Shown: positions 1 through 12,314 of the stretch, piece after piece | Layout: each line of letters begins with the position of its first letter | Position numbering within the stretch: the first letter of the stretch is position 1 | Assembly: GCA_011109175.1 (NCBI GenBank) | Contig: RDEW01000039.1 | Location: 322,068 to 386,067 of the forward strand | Reading direction: 5' to 3' | DNA from: Dicyema japonicum | Taxonomy: Eukaryota > Animalia > Dicyemida | DNA: 64,000 nucleotides | The notes under the pieces: model-generated | The model's input: the letters and a program-made list of their open reading frames with translations, nothing else | Database searches by the model: none | What the model was told of the DNA's origin: nothing | Position numbers and translations under genes: made by a program

Positions 1-229
1 TTTTTCTTATTCCATATTGACGGCAGAGATGTAGGTGTAACTGACCTCTCTTTATGCCTTTTATGCCGCTTGAGATATGAGCTATTCAGCATTCTCCCAC
101 ACCTAGTTGCAACTGATCGACGGTCTTCTTTGATAAGTTACAATGTCCGCACTTAGTTTCTCTGTTATCAAAAAACATGTTAAGTTCCTGACGTAGACAC
201 AGTCTCACCTCGGTTATAGGGGAGTGATT

Positions 230-2330
230 TCAATGCACTAGCCATCCAGAGGATTCAGCAATGTTCACTTCTATGTCTTTCAAACACGTGTGTGATTTCT
301 TTGAATTAATGACCCGTAGAATTCCCGCTCTTCTTAGGCAGTAATTTGCCTTATGTCACCATAAAATCAGAAAAGCATTCGTTCTGCTTTGTTACTGACA
401 GACTCAAGGCCTCTTCCAAATTTATTTCTTGATAATAAAGTCTTTCTTTGTCTGCCGGTTGCAAGTGTATGTGACTATCCACAAGAATTCTGCGATGTTT
501 TTATCAATCTGTCCAAATTCTGGAGGCTCGATATCGATCAATCCAATGTAATAGAGTGATAGTACATACTCGTTCATCCCCTTCAACAGGTTTACTGAGT
601 TTAAATCCGTCTTTGTCAAATTTTTAATCCGCTTAGATGCTTCTTCATAGATTTTATCCATAGTTTCTTTTTTTGTATGGATAAGATATCGTATCCATAC
701 AATCCATCAAGGAAACGGGCTTTCTCGGACAAGGACTTCACGTTTGTTGTAGATTTGTCAAAGTTTCTCTCCAACCCAGCTGCATCAAAAAACGATTCAA
801 CTTCCTCCAACATCATTTCCATAGAGTGACTATGGCGAGAAAACAACTTCATATCGTTTATACATAGTATGTGATTCGTCGAATAGGTTGGTTCCCCACT
901 TCCAGTACTTCCCGTCGTTACATTCGGAGATTTTCCGTTCAGCATTTGACAGAGAGGGTCCATTAGAAAAGCAAAGATCTGAGGAGAGAGTCCCCCTGCA
1001 GAATTCCTGTTTTAAATTTTACTTCTAACGTTTTGTTTCCCAAATTCAGACAAATCTTCCATTTTGTGACAAGTTTCTGAATGAACCTGACAATCCAGAA
1101 GAAGACCAGAATTTTGTAATAACTGATCCAGAAAATGGTGGTCGACCGAGTCATAAGCTTTTTTGACGTCAATCCAAGTGGAATTCAAACTGTTTACATT
1201 TTGTTGATTTACGCACTTGTTGACGATAGCCTGTTCTTTCGCACCTTTGAAGTTAAGTTCTTGATAAAATAGTTATGGACTCCATCACTACCAGATGCCT
1301 CCAATTTGGAAGCATCTTGATAGTCTCGGTGATTTCCTCATCAGTAAAGTCAGCGAAAGAGTTCTCTGATCCAGTCACTCTTTTGCTAATAAAGAAATTG
1401 CTCATCTTTCGCTCTTCCTTATTCCAAAATGGAAGACATTCCTCCCCACTGAACTTGATGACTGCCTTCTTATTATCTTATTTTATAAATCACCTTCTAT
1501 TCAATTCGAAGCACCAGTTGGCACTTTTAAAACTCTTTCTCGATTCGTAGACTCAAACTTCTCAACAATCTTTATTTGATCGCGAACATAAGAAGAAATC
1601 CTTTCGAGTTCTTCCCTCTTCGATTTTTTAAAGCCTATGAGCATAAGGTATTGCGTTTTCTTCGTCAAATTGATTTTCCTGTTCAATTCACTAGCCATTT
1701 GAATTTGCTAAAGTTTTTGCTAAGTTTAGGGAATTTCCTTTTCATTGATTCTTCCCAAATACTTTTAGTGTTTTTCTTCTTGGTAGGAGCCTCATAAGTA
1801 CACTGCCCAGCATTTATGATATCAGTGATATCGTTGATATCCAAGCTTGGCAAGGAATCAATATATTCCTTGATTGCTGCATTAATTCCACACAGAATCT
1901 CCTTTCTAAGTATTTGTCTGAGAATTTTCCTAGTAGGAATACGAAGGTTCCTTACTGAGGTGAGTAATTTCGCAATTTAGCAACGAAACTTATCAAAACA
2001 TTTTCCGAAATTTGAAACTTCTACCAACTGTTTTTCTTCCACTGATAAGCCACAAAGTGATTCACTGTACTTGGAGGAGAGCAAGCACTTGAAATTGCCA
2101 ATGGACTTCAATGTCCCGAATCTCAAGTTAAAAGCTTCCATAATCAGAGGCTAGCCACCACAGAGAATACTCTTGAATCTGGATTTTGCAGACTCAACGA
2201 CTTCCACAGCCCATTGTTTCCGGTCCACAGTGTGAACTTTGTCAACTAGACATTGCAGAGAGAGAAGATGTTCTTTAAAGTCAGTATTGACAACTTCTTG
2301 CGTTTTTGGCAAGTCATCGACCACATTCTC
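230..2330 (-). mobile_element. Degenerate RLE-type (R4/NeSL-like) non-LTR retrotransposon
   Basis: Broken minus-strand frames give RT motifs in order: ..ASGSDGVHNYFIK (~1310-1270), KFKTGILQGDSL (~1020-980), HILCINDMKLF (degenerate YMDD box, ~870-840), YGYDILSIQ, and KLLPKKSG (~350-320), which resembles the RLYLPRxxGGRGL box of R4/NeSL elements. Many stops and frameshifts. Confidence 0.7.
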
Positions 2331-2619
2331 TACGGTCCTTTTGTTTTTTCTTTTAGTAATTTTCGTAGATGGGTTGAATGAAACATATTTTTTTCTTTGA
2401 TTTTTTTACTTTAATCTTGGAAAGTAAATAACGAGTTTGTAATAGTTACGGAGTCTGATATAGCGAGACACAATGTGTCTCCTGTCACATTCCATTACTG
2501 TTACGCTAGCCATTACAACTACAATAAAATAAACGTTACATTACTTGACCTCCTTTTTTTAATTATAAAGCCAATTAATCAGAAATTTTATTATAATTAA
2601 TAAAGAAAAGAGAGTTAAC

Positions 2620-3225
2620 GAGATCTTCCATACGACAGCGGAACGTATCTTTAACGTCCGGCTCGAGGATTACTCATGGAAGCAAGCCACGCTGACAGTG
2701 AGACTCGGGAGACTTGGAATTCGGAACCCTGTGGACCTTTCACTCCCTTCATGCCTATCTTCACTAGTGGCTTGTAACTCTCATGTCAAGAGGATTCTAC
2801 ACTCTCTACCTGAATTCTCTATTGACAAGGACGCCGGCCATGCTTGTAAGGCCTAGAGCCGCACTTATAAGCTTTCCCTGCCTTCCTCGTTCTCTCAGCG
2901 AGGCTCGGACGATGCTATATGCTGGAATTCTTTCAAAGATTTGCTAGTGTCTTCTAGCCAACATCACCGTGCCTGTTTGTTGTCGGGGGCGTCTTCCGAG
3001 AGCAGTGCCTGTCACAACGCCATTTCCAATGGAGTTCTGGGTTCTATCCTGGATGATGAATGCGTCCGTATTGGGATCTCATTGCGACTGGGATTAAAAG
3101 TCTGTGTTCCACATCCGTGCCAATGCGGAGACAAGATCGACTGTTTTGGCATACACCCTCTCTCCTGCAGGAAGAGTGCAGGCAGATTTCCCAGACACAT
3201 GGCCTTGAACGAAATCGTTTTTATC
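2620..3225 (+). mobile_element. CRE-clade-like non-LTR retrotransposon, post-RT/Zn-knuckle fragment
   Basis: Frames read WKQATL..LGRLGIR and SLRLGLKVCVPHPCQCGDKIDCFGIHPLSCRKSAGRFPRHMALNEI, matching the W.QA.LP...GGLG and RLG..C.CG..G.H.L.C..RH..LN signature of CRE-like elements. Confidence 0.65.
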
Positions 3226-3699
3226 TGTTTGAAAAACAAATCCTTCTGCTTCATTGCAAATACAAGGCATTGTCTTAGAGTAAACTCCACTTGGAATACA
3301 ACGACATTGTTCATTTCCCGTTGGATTACCTTGAATTAAATTTTGAAGTTCCATTGTCTAATTGTATCCACTTAACATTACGTCCAGTTGAACTTACCAT
3401 CAAAAAACCAATTATCGTTCTTATAGTATCCAGCAAGGTACAATAATATATCTCTGTTTCCTAATAAAAGTTCATTAAGGTGTCTATTTATTTCAAGAGA
3501 ATAATTTTCCCCTAAAAACTATTTATGGCTTAAAAAACTTTATTTTTTCACATTCCGATTTTGACTCATTATTACTGCCACGATGTAATTTGTAAATGAA
3601 GCATATTCCATTTATTACATTAGGAAAAATACGGTGGTGGAAATAATCTGGACAAAGACGAAAAACTAAAATGACGACTTGGAGCCAAATCCTATTGAC

Positions 3700-3960
3700 T
3701 TTATAAGCGTGTTCACGTCGCTGCATACCCCACATTCAGAGACTACCCTAGGTTGACATTCCCTGCTGTCTTCCTCATCAACAGGTATCGATACTCCATG
3801 CCTCTCCTCATCTTGCATACTCTCCAAAGTCTTTCGTAACACTAGCGTGACTTGAAAATGTTTTTATTGGCCAATTTTTGAAAGTCTTGAGGCATTTCCG
3901 TTCGACAGTGTGAACAATGGAGACGCACAGGCTATGATGGCACGTTTGGTTGCGGGATCT
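3700..3960 (-). pseudogene. Fragmentary paralog of the forkhead-like gene at 8338-8794
   Basis: 3847-3898 (gtgacttgaaaatgtttttattggccaatttttgaaagtcttga) is nearly identical to 8459-8510 and translates QDFQKLANK vs QVFQRLANK. Flanking similarity is weak. Confidence 0.35.
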
Positions 3961-4204
3961 GGGATCACCTAACTAGTTGACTTTACTTTTGTCTTTTTTC
4001 TCGGTGATCCCGTGGTTAATAAATAAATTTTTAATTATTTTTTAATTACACGTTTCCAATGCGTTCGTTGAATTGACTAAGGAACAACTTGAAAAATTGA
4101 GAAATTTCAAAATAATGGAAAAATCATTAGACAGGAAACAACGATTTCGATTAAAAGAACTATCGAAAAAATTTGTTTTTTTTCACTGTTAGTTAGTTAA
4201 TAGC

Positions 4205-4720
4205 ACTCCCGCGTTGCCATAAGCACGTAAAATGTCTAGGGTTTCGCTCGTGCCGTACACTCTACTATCCTCCTAGTCAGCCCTCTCCATCTATCTCTGT
4301 TCCTCGCGCGTTTACGCTCAAGATCGTCTCCAGTTTTGAGTTGACCGCCAATTCGTGCGTAATCGTTATTCAGGCAGAGAGGAAGCGTACATCTTGGCCG
4401 ACCCCGAAATCCAATTCCGTGATTTGAATAGTATCTTCCATGATTGCAAGGAATCACTTCGTCCATTCTCAGAACATGTCCTAAAGGTCGCCAGTGTGAG
4501 GTAATTACTTCTCCGCTTATCGGTTTTCATTTACATAATTTGTAGAGAGTTTCGTTTTTGATAACCTGTGGCCATTTGATTCCCGCGATTTTTCTCGATT
4601 GATTTCTATGAAATGTGTCCAGTCTGTCAAGGTCCGTTTTTGATGTTCCCCATGTTCCCGTTATAAATAGGACTTGTTGTATGAACGCGTTTTATAAGCG
4701 CATCCGAAGATTTGATGAGA
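4205..4720 (-). mobile_element. RTE-clade LINE, 5'-truncated 3' fragment
   Basis: Reads IKNETLYKLC..WRPLGHVLRMDEVIPCN..FRGRPRCTLPLCLNND..LKTGDDLE, collinear with the C-terminus of the RTE at 43773-44252. Ends in a short (taac)n tail near 4190-4205. Confidence 0.75.
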
Positions 4721-5459
4721 TTATCACTGAAGGATGATATAAAATTACGGTTTTTTGCAGTTGAGGATAAGGAACTGAAATTAACGATAATTGAGGTAGT
4801 GTATCTGCTTTATTGGAGTCTGAGCATAATAAAAACCATTTTGGCAGAGATAGACTTAATAGTATGGCGGAATAGTTTCTACAACATAATGAGATGAGAT
4901 ATCCGCTTTGTTTTAAACAAATGTGTTTATTGGCAAGTATTGGTTATTTATTAGCCAGTCAAAAAATGATGGCAACAAAGCCACCTATTATTCCAATTAT
5001 TGCCCGAGGTCCAAGAGACCGTTATATCGCAGATCTTATAGATCTAAGAAGATATTCAGAAGTAAATCGATCAATCTCGTGGGTAAACTTTAATAATTAT
5101 TTATATGAAGGTTTTAGTCGTCGTTGACTCATTCACTAAGTTTGCTGTTGTGGAACTGGCAAAGAATAAAAGTGTATTGGAAATCTCATCTCTAATTCTT
5201 CAAACTGATAACAAAAAGGAGTTTCGAAATTTGAAATGGATTAGCTCTGTGAATTTTTTAAAATAGAAATTTCGTTTTTTAGAAATTTCGACTGGAAAGG
5301 TCACATTAATTCAGTTTAGATAGCCACGTGTGACAAGTTACTGTTCTCATGGCGCGCCTTCATGCGGTTAGTATATGACTTTCAAGACTATATGAACAGA
5401 ATCATACAATAGGGTTCGTGTTTTGTTACCTCGTGCTAGACGACCTCAAGGCGACAAAA

Positions 5460-5585
5460 TTAACTCTCTTGTCCTGGTCCGTTTCTTTTGCCAGTCCTGA
5501 CTGGTCCCAGGACCTCTGCTTTTGATTGTAACTATTATGTCAGCAAGCTATTTTATTCACTTGAAGGAATTGGGGGTAAATAAAT
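5460..5585 (+). repeat. Dispersed retroelement-like 3'-end relic, copy 1
   Basis: Shares gtcctggtccg and ttcacttgaagg..gggggtaaataaat with 8960-9180. The (taaa)n tail is typical of LINE/SINE 3' ends. Confidence 0.45.
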
Positions 5586-5688
5586 CATGTCTGTAACACT
5601 AATAAAAACGAAAAATTAAATATAATCGATTTATAAATAAAATAATAAAGTTAATTTATTTTTTTAATTTGTTAACTTTAAGTTAAAC

Positions 5689-7099
5689 ATGTTCCATGTG
5701 GGGCATTTAAGAAAATTCGAAAAGATCATTACAAGGAGTCGATACGTTTCATACTTTGGACGGACAGTGCGACCTTCTACAGAGATACGCTTTTGGACGA
5801 AGGAGACCAAAACATCGAGGATAAACTTAAATGTACAAAACTTTAGCTAACACCTAGCCATCTTCCCTGAGAAGAACGTGGAGAAAAATTATGTTGACAT
5901 TGGACTGAAGCAAAGTGCAAATATTACGCCTCACAAGCACCAATAAGAAGGCGGGAAAATAAACATTTAAAATATTCAGGAAAAGAATTAAGTAAATGAT
6001 AAATTTAAAAATAGAAAATTTGTTTAATTTTAATAAAATGCAAACTGAGTACTTCAGAGAGGAATATTTTCAACATTTGGACAAAATTGCCCAGCATTAC
6101 GGCATCTTCAAAGACCTGTTCACGATTTGACATTTTTCCCGCCTTAAAACTTTTCATCAAATTTCCAACTAAAAATGGTCGATTCTTCACTGTTGAGAGT
6201 GGAAATTACATATCTCCTACTGAAGTGAGGAATAATGTTTATTTCAGTGTCAACTAATTCCAACTGTAAGTTTTGACGGTTCAAATGTGGCAGAAAACAA
6301 TGATTTCTTTACTCTGATGATGATCTCCCTTGATAGTAACGTTCTAGAGGACTCTGAAGGACATATTCTCCACTGGATGCTGTAACTTGGGTCGTAACTC
6401 ATATAGTGGCAATATTCACGCATCTGAAGCAAAAGACGGTGAAAATTTAAATTTAAGCGGGAAAATTAAGCGACAATATTTCCCGCCAATTCCTGCACGT
6501 GGCACTGGCTATCATAGAATCGTGTTTTTGTTGTATAAGCACTCATCTGAACTGGATTTATCGGATTTTGTGGTCCCTGAACTTACTGGAAGGTTTTAAT
6601 CGGTTAACTGAGCTGTTAGGGATTTCATAAAGGCGAGGATTTTCCATTCACGGAGCTTCTTTGAAAGATTCTCCGCAAACGGGTTGAAACCCGTAGGTCT
6701 GGCCTTCTTTCAGACCACATGGGACCTCTCAGTGAAGGATTTCTTTCATAAGAGACTGAGTAGTCGTGTAGCTTAGTCAAAGTGACTGAGGAGCCTGTGT
6801 ACGAGTACGACTGGCCTGAGCCGATTTACCCAAAACAAGAGGCTTTTCCTGCTAAAAAGTCGTTCTGGGCGTAAGATTGGAATCACGTGGGTAGATATTT
6901 GGACAGATATAAGGACAGAAAGGAGTTGGCTGAAGAGGTTCTGAAAGATCGGATTGCACGGGAGAGTCCATTCCAGAAGCAGTCTTGGGAGATGTCTAGT
7001 GTGGACAAAATTGACCGTGGAATGCCTACTTGGTGGAAGGAGGTTGAACGGCTGAGACGTCTTAAGAAGGGGAAGTTCTATGATGAGGAGCCTATTTGA
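5689..7099 (+). CDS. MRPL38: Mitochondrial ribosomal protein L38 (PEBP domain), 7 introns of 23-27 nt
   Basis: Spliced frames give NYVDIGL, IAQHYGIFKDLF, HILHWML, YFPPIPARGTGYHRIVFLLYKH, PVGLAFFQTTWD, EEPVYEYDWPEPIYPKQ and YLDRYKD, collinear with MRPL38. Introns at about 5833-5857, 5992-6014, 6225-6247, 6382-6406, 6593-6619, 6760-6782 and 6871-6894. About 4 single-base deletions must be corrected. Confidence 0.9.
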
Positions 7100-8337
7100 C
7101 TGATATTTTGTTAATTTTACGTTTTTATCAACTTTTAAGGGAATTAAACACCTTCCCGCACCATGAGTCCGTGGTGGTATGCTAATATTTAGCTCCTTGA
7201 ATGACTAATAATTGAGGAAATGTCTTTAAAGTGAGAACATGAGGATGTGATATCTAAAATTTTGTCTTTTCTGCAAATGGGGGGAGGGGCTGTGAGTATC
7301 ATGGCTTTCGTTTTAAGCGGTCATTGGAAATATCTCCCACTAACAGCTTTGGATTGTCAGTCTTTGACTACTGTCCTCTGACCAACTAGTGTCTCTTATA
7401 GAGATTATATTCATCCTCGGCCTCCCCCGTTTTCATTAACGGGTTTATGGGATCCCTTAGCGTTGACAGCTTAAAGACTACAGGTATCGTACGTAGTGAA
7501 GAGGCTGGAGTAACTAGGTAATATAAGGACTCAGTCCCTTCAATCGAGACTAATATTTAAGGATCTTTTCCAGATTCAAGGGAGTTGAAACGACAGAACC
7601 TGGGCGGGTTTTAGCCTCGAGAATTCTTGATGTCGTGGAGGTATATGTTCTTGAAGAGGTCATCTGCAGTTATTTTGCGGTTTATATTGTTTGTGCTTTC
7701 TGACGTCTTATTCGGGTCAGAGAAACAATTTCGTAAAGACAAGCTCATAGGCAGGATTATGGTTAGGCAAATGTCTCGTCTCCCTAAATTTTACTTAACT
7801 ACTAAAAATACTTCTCCACCAAATGTGGAAGGGTACACATGAGATCACTGCTAACAATGAGGAGCGTGGAAGGGAAGATTAAAAAGGCCCAACTTTCAAA
7901 GGAAACTTACCATTCCCATGTACTATGGCCAAGACTGTCGAGACCATCTCCACTCATGGGGTATCTGGCTGCACAGCGACTGTGTTTTCGATCTCCATGT
8001 GTTTCGAAGGCGATTTGGAAATTTTTTCAGTCGACAGACTCGGTGTAAGACACTCCACGTTGGTAGACACGCAACCGGAGCAGGACTCGGCCCACGAGAA
8101 ACAAAACTAAACAGTTAATCCATGTGCTCCATCATTAACAAAATTTTCAACCCACGTGGGGGACAAAAAGGACTATCCAAATTAAGGAGTGAATGGGCAT
8201 AACAAATTGACGTATAAGCATTAATGTGACGACAGATGCTCGACTAATTAGATGGCACTTAATACTAATAATTGTAGTGACGGAAAGTAATCAAAAATAA
8301 ATAATTCAATTAATTCTTCAAAGATTACAAAAATTAG

Positions 8338-8794
8338 TCAATAAAACTGTCGAGGCTTTTTAAAAAGGAAGAAAAAGTTGGGATGTACCAGCCTTTTGAG
8401 CACGTGCTGTTTATATTCTGGGTTTATTGAGTAGAGAGGCAAGCGATCCGGTCTTTTGGTGACTTGGAAATGTTTTTTATTGGCCAATCTTTGAAAGACT
8501 TGATGCTTCCAATCAGGTCTTTGACAAAGTTGAGGACACGTGAGAATCCACTGAAAAATTTGGCTTTTTGTTGCTTGGCCGGTAGGGTGGGACTCAATTG
8601 CAAGGGAGATTGAATAGTCGAGAGATCGAGTAGTGTACTTTATGCATTGTAAGGGGAGGGTAACAAAATTGAGCTTCTTCTGGAGATTTTGTGGACTTTT
8701 ATGAAGTCGTGTAAAAGCCAGTTTAACGGCTGAAGGTCTTCTTGTGAACTGAAGAAGTTATTTCTTTGAACGTTATTGTTTGATTTTTTCGCAT
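8338..8794 (-). CDS. Highly divergent forkhead-box protein, FoxN2/3-like
   Basis: Not in the ORF track. Open frame 8640-8338 reads SLDYSISLAIESHPTGQATKSQIFQWILTCPQLCQRPDWKHQVFQRLANKKHFQVTKRPDRLPLYSINPEYKQHVLKRL, aligning with the FoxN pattern LI.MAIE.SP..L..KDIY.WI..W..S.RHNLSL..F..W.IDPEY. An upstream frame has QEDLQPLNWL, like FoxN2/3 ELTNLNWL. Two single-base corrections are needed to join the ATG at 8794. Confidence 0.65.
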
Positions 8795-8959
8795 TTGGTG
8801 GAATATTTCTCAAAATTATTTTATTTTAAAATAAATTAATTATTATTTAATTTATCACAATAAATTTTTTAATATAATAAAAATTATTAATTAGCGATTC
8901 TAAGTTCAAATAAACTCATTTTTTGAAGAATTTCATTTATCAAATAAGTGTCTTAATGC

Positions 8960-9180
8960 CTATCTAACCAGACCGGGCAGCAAAGTCGTGGCTTTTTCCT
9001 TCATGCTCACTTATGAACAGGATACAGATCACCCTTTCTCGCGTCCTGGTCCGCCTTCTGATTTTCTTTTAGCTGGGATAACCATTGGATCTCTAGTAAC
9101 ATCCATTGTTGGTAGTTAAGTTCATGTTAGCCACCGTTTCCTTCACTTGAAGGGACCGGGGGTAAATAAATAATAAATAC
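8960..9180 (+). repeat. Dispersed retroelement-like 3'-end relic, copy 2
   Basis: Ends ttcacttgaagggaccgggggtaaataaataataaata and matches 5460-5585. Confidence 0.45.
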
Positions 9181-9593
9181 CAAGTAAGTACGTGGTTTGC
9201 AGTTAATTCTTAAAATAGCGCCTTAATGAGGAATCTATTATAACTACTAAAAATAATATTGAGTCTAAAAATAAATATATTGAGTCTATGATATGGATGT
9301 CTGCGGTCAACAATTGTCTTGGGTCTAACCTTAAGGCCTCGGAGACCAAGGAATCTCTTCGTTCTTATCGGCTAATATTTCTCCTCGAAAATTCTTGAAA
9401 TGCTGTTCTAAATATTTTTGTATTGATTTTTAGAGAATTCTAAAAAAAGATTTTTTGGGTCGGAAATACCGGACAGCATCAACCGATGACTCTCAGATTT
9501 CCTTAGCGCGCACAGGAGAAAGTGTAGCACCTAGGGATTTCTCCTGCCGGTCTCTAGCCTGTTTTGAACCACCTACTTAACCAATTCTGCTAT

Positions 9594-9865
9594 AAATAAT
9601 AATGTCAGCATCTTCACGAGAGCCATAATACTTAAGGTCCGCATAGACAGGGGACACAATATGTCTTAGAGTTACGTTATACTGACTAATCGTTGTATGG
9701 GGAATGTTCTTAATTTCTTTGTTGCCTGTGATTCCATGTAGACAATTTAGTTCCGCTGTGAGGTATCACTGACGACAACATCACTCGTCAAACCAAAAAG
9801 CTTGGAAGATTGTGTTACCTTCAGGGGGAATGGACAGTAGTGAGATTCAAACACGTGCTCATTTG
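9594..9865 (-). mobile_element. Old diverged copy of the tRNA-derived SINE family
   Basis: Collinear with 54379-54710: aataataat..cttcacgagagccata..ccgcatag..actaatcg..gttccgctgtgaggtatcactgacgacaacatcactcgtcaaacc..gagattcaaac. Confidence 0.6.
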
Positions 9866-9899
9866 TCTTCGATTCCTAAAATTTTTGAAAACACGAAAA

Positions 9900-10402
9900 A
9901 TTATTCACTTCCCCCAACTCAGATTCCTCCAAATTCCCCCAATTTGTTAGGGGGAGATTCGAACTGAATCCGACGAATCCTACGATTCACTGACTCCCGA
10001 GTCCATCATCTCCTCAAGGTGGATCGAGGGGTTACATCCATCTTGTGGTGGAAGAGAGGTTATGTCCAATAGAGAACGTCACCACCTCAACCTAAGGAGC
10101 AATTCACCATTTTAGTATAAAAGACAAATTTATTAGTACTTCCAAGTTAAATCCATTTTCTCCACTAAACAAATAAGGAAAATCATACATCCTTCACGAC
10201 ATTCAATAAGTCTTTCTTGTGCTAAACTGATAATTAGGACTTACAAGGATGACGAGCTCGTGCGAGTATTCAGGTATCTAAAATAAGTCCAAGCACTTAC
10301 TTGTCTCCTGGCATTTGTCAAAAATTTGTAATATAAGGTCAAAAGAATGAGAAAAGCTCCACCAGCCGATAAAATGTAAATGAAATGACGAATCTTCAGC
10401 AT
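9900..10402 (-). CDS. Unidentified multi-exon gene with an N-terminal hydrophobic segment (signal anchor)
   Basis: ATG at 10402 follows an AT island. Reads MLKIRHFIYILSAGGAFLILLTLYYKFLTNARRQ, then three clean 23-24 nt GTAAGT/GTATGA...TTTAG introns. The 3' end is uncertain. Confidence 0.5.
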
Positions 10403-11756
10403 CAACGAATATAACTATAATAATTATTTATTTTTATTTTAATGAATTACATATTTTAAATATAAATTTCAATTAATCTTGGTGGCCGGTCAGCATACAA
10501 AAAGAATCTCCCTTTTTCTACTCTACTTGAGGGGTTCTTACAATGGCGATATGGATGGAATTGATGCTTTGGAAGAACACGTCTTACCGTGGGAGCTAGG
10601 ATCACTTGGTTATTAGAAGAGGTCGGATATTTTTTTCTGAGGAATGAATAGCTTATGATGTAATGTCACTACCAATGGTCCGTAGATTCGAATCCTCCCG
10701 CTAGCTATGTTTCCTTATCTGCCCTCGTTCAAATAGAGTGTTTCCATTTGATCCACCTGGCACAGTTTTCGACCATTCCCATGGTGGTGCGAAAAAGTAC
10801 CATTTTCTCTCCCCCAATCTACTGTAGGGTACCCTCAACTGCAAGAACTAGCTGTTTTCTTTCCTTTATGCGGTTATAAAGATTAAAGCTATCTGTTAAG
10901 TTTTGATGATAAATTTGTTCATCTTGTTGACCTATAAACCTGATCTTTGTGGTTGCCATGGTTACTAAGGATGAGGGAAAATGAGACTTATTTTAACGGT
11001 ATTACGTATTTATGGGTCCATTTGAGTGAAAATTCAATTGAGTGTTCGTCTTTTAATGAAACCATGACTCTGATTTGACTGATAAGATTCAGGTGGATGT
11101 TACTTGTCAAGATTTGTTTGGATAATTACACTTTAGTCTGCCTTTTGAGCCTCTGTTGTGTCTTCCACTTGTTTTTGCTTCTGTGGCAAATTTAGGTTAT
11201 CTGATGTCTGGAATGACTTATTTACTCCTGTCTCTTCAAGAAAAGGAAACTGTGGGTAACTGAAGGGTTCCATGTTGGATGCTAGCTTGCAAAATAAACT
11301 GACTATATTTTTAGTGACCAGACACAGCCTCTCCCTTACCAAGTAACTTCCATATAGCTCAGTTGGTGGAGTCTACAGGACAAGAAACAAGCTACCGTCC
11401 CCAGATTTCATTGGTAGGAATCAGGATCCTAACGAAAATAAAGCTCTGTCCAACCTCCCATTGCCGACTTATCTCAGCAACCTCCTCTTTCAAGTGTGAG
11501 CTGAACAAACAAAAAATCATCTGGTAGGACCGCGTATTTTGCACGTTTTGACCTTTCGGCCTTCTCAGCTGCAGAGCAGGCAGGGGGTGAATGTGTCTAT
11601 GCAGGTGACGTCCCATACAAGAGGTTTCCCTGCTTCAAAGGAGAAGATGGTCATCCCCTCGGGTCGTGTCCCGTCATATTTGCTAAGACCTGATGGTTCG
11701 AGCATAGAAGGGCGTCCAACAGGGTCCAATTTGTGGGGTATGTCATCTTGAGACTA

Positions 11757-11819
11757 GCACCGTATAGTCCAATGCTCAACCCAATCGAGAGTGTCTGGTA
11801 TTTTGTGAAGGAATGGTGT
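11757..11819 (+). mobile_element. Tc1/IS630-family transposase relic
   Basis: Translates APYSPMLNPIESVWYFVKEW, the P(P/A)YSPxLNPIE..W motif around the third catalytic residue. Confidence 0.55.
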
Positions 11820-12314
11820 TTCTATTGCTGAGTACAGACTGAGATACTAGATGAGGTTAATACAACTCTTTCTAGTAATTTGTTCTAGAAATTTAGGTTT
11901 GTGTGTCAAACTTTAAGTTTTTATTCAGAATTTCGATACCACCGAGAAAGAAAGACAGAAAAAACGTCAGACAGTTAGGTAATCTATCGCACGATCTTTG
12001 CAGAAACACGTGAAACCGCGGCTATGGTTCCTCGTGGATTCCTTCAAGTTGCTAGGGCGAATAAGACAATTTAGACGGTTAAATTGATATTTCTTACTGT
12101 TCTGTGCCTCTTTCGAATCCTAAGAAGAGTCTCAGGAGACCCCCAGTTCCTGTCCGGTGAGCGAAGGTCGTCATCAAAGTCAGAAATTTGACTGCGGCGC
12201 AACTCAGAGACCCTCACTAATTTGATATTGTTTTCAAATAGCCTGGGTATGTTAATCGTCCGAGGCAATGTCCGAAGAATATTCCATGGCTACTTTTCAA
12301 AGATTAGTTAGTAT

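Noticed and set aside
3860-3895. CLKTFKNWP resembling the start of a BIR domain
   Set aside because: No downstream BIR Cys/His pattern; the segment is better explained in the frame matching the Fox-like gene.
6760-6776. Apparent 17-nt intron in MRPL38
   Set aside because: The next in-frame AG gives a 23-nt intron and restores the exact homologous spacing (KRLMTEEPVYEY).
7400-7620. SASPVF..GSL resembling a Gypsy RT start
   Set aside because: Too degenerate, and no downstream RT motifs were recognised.
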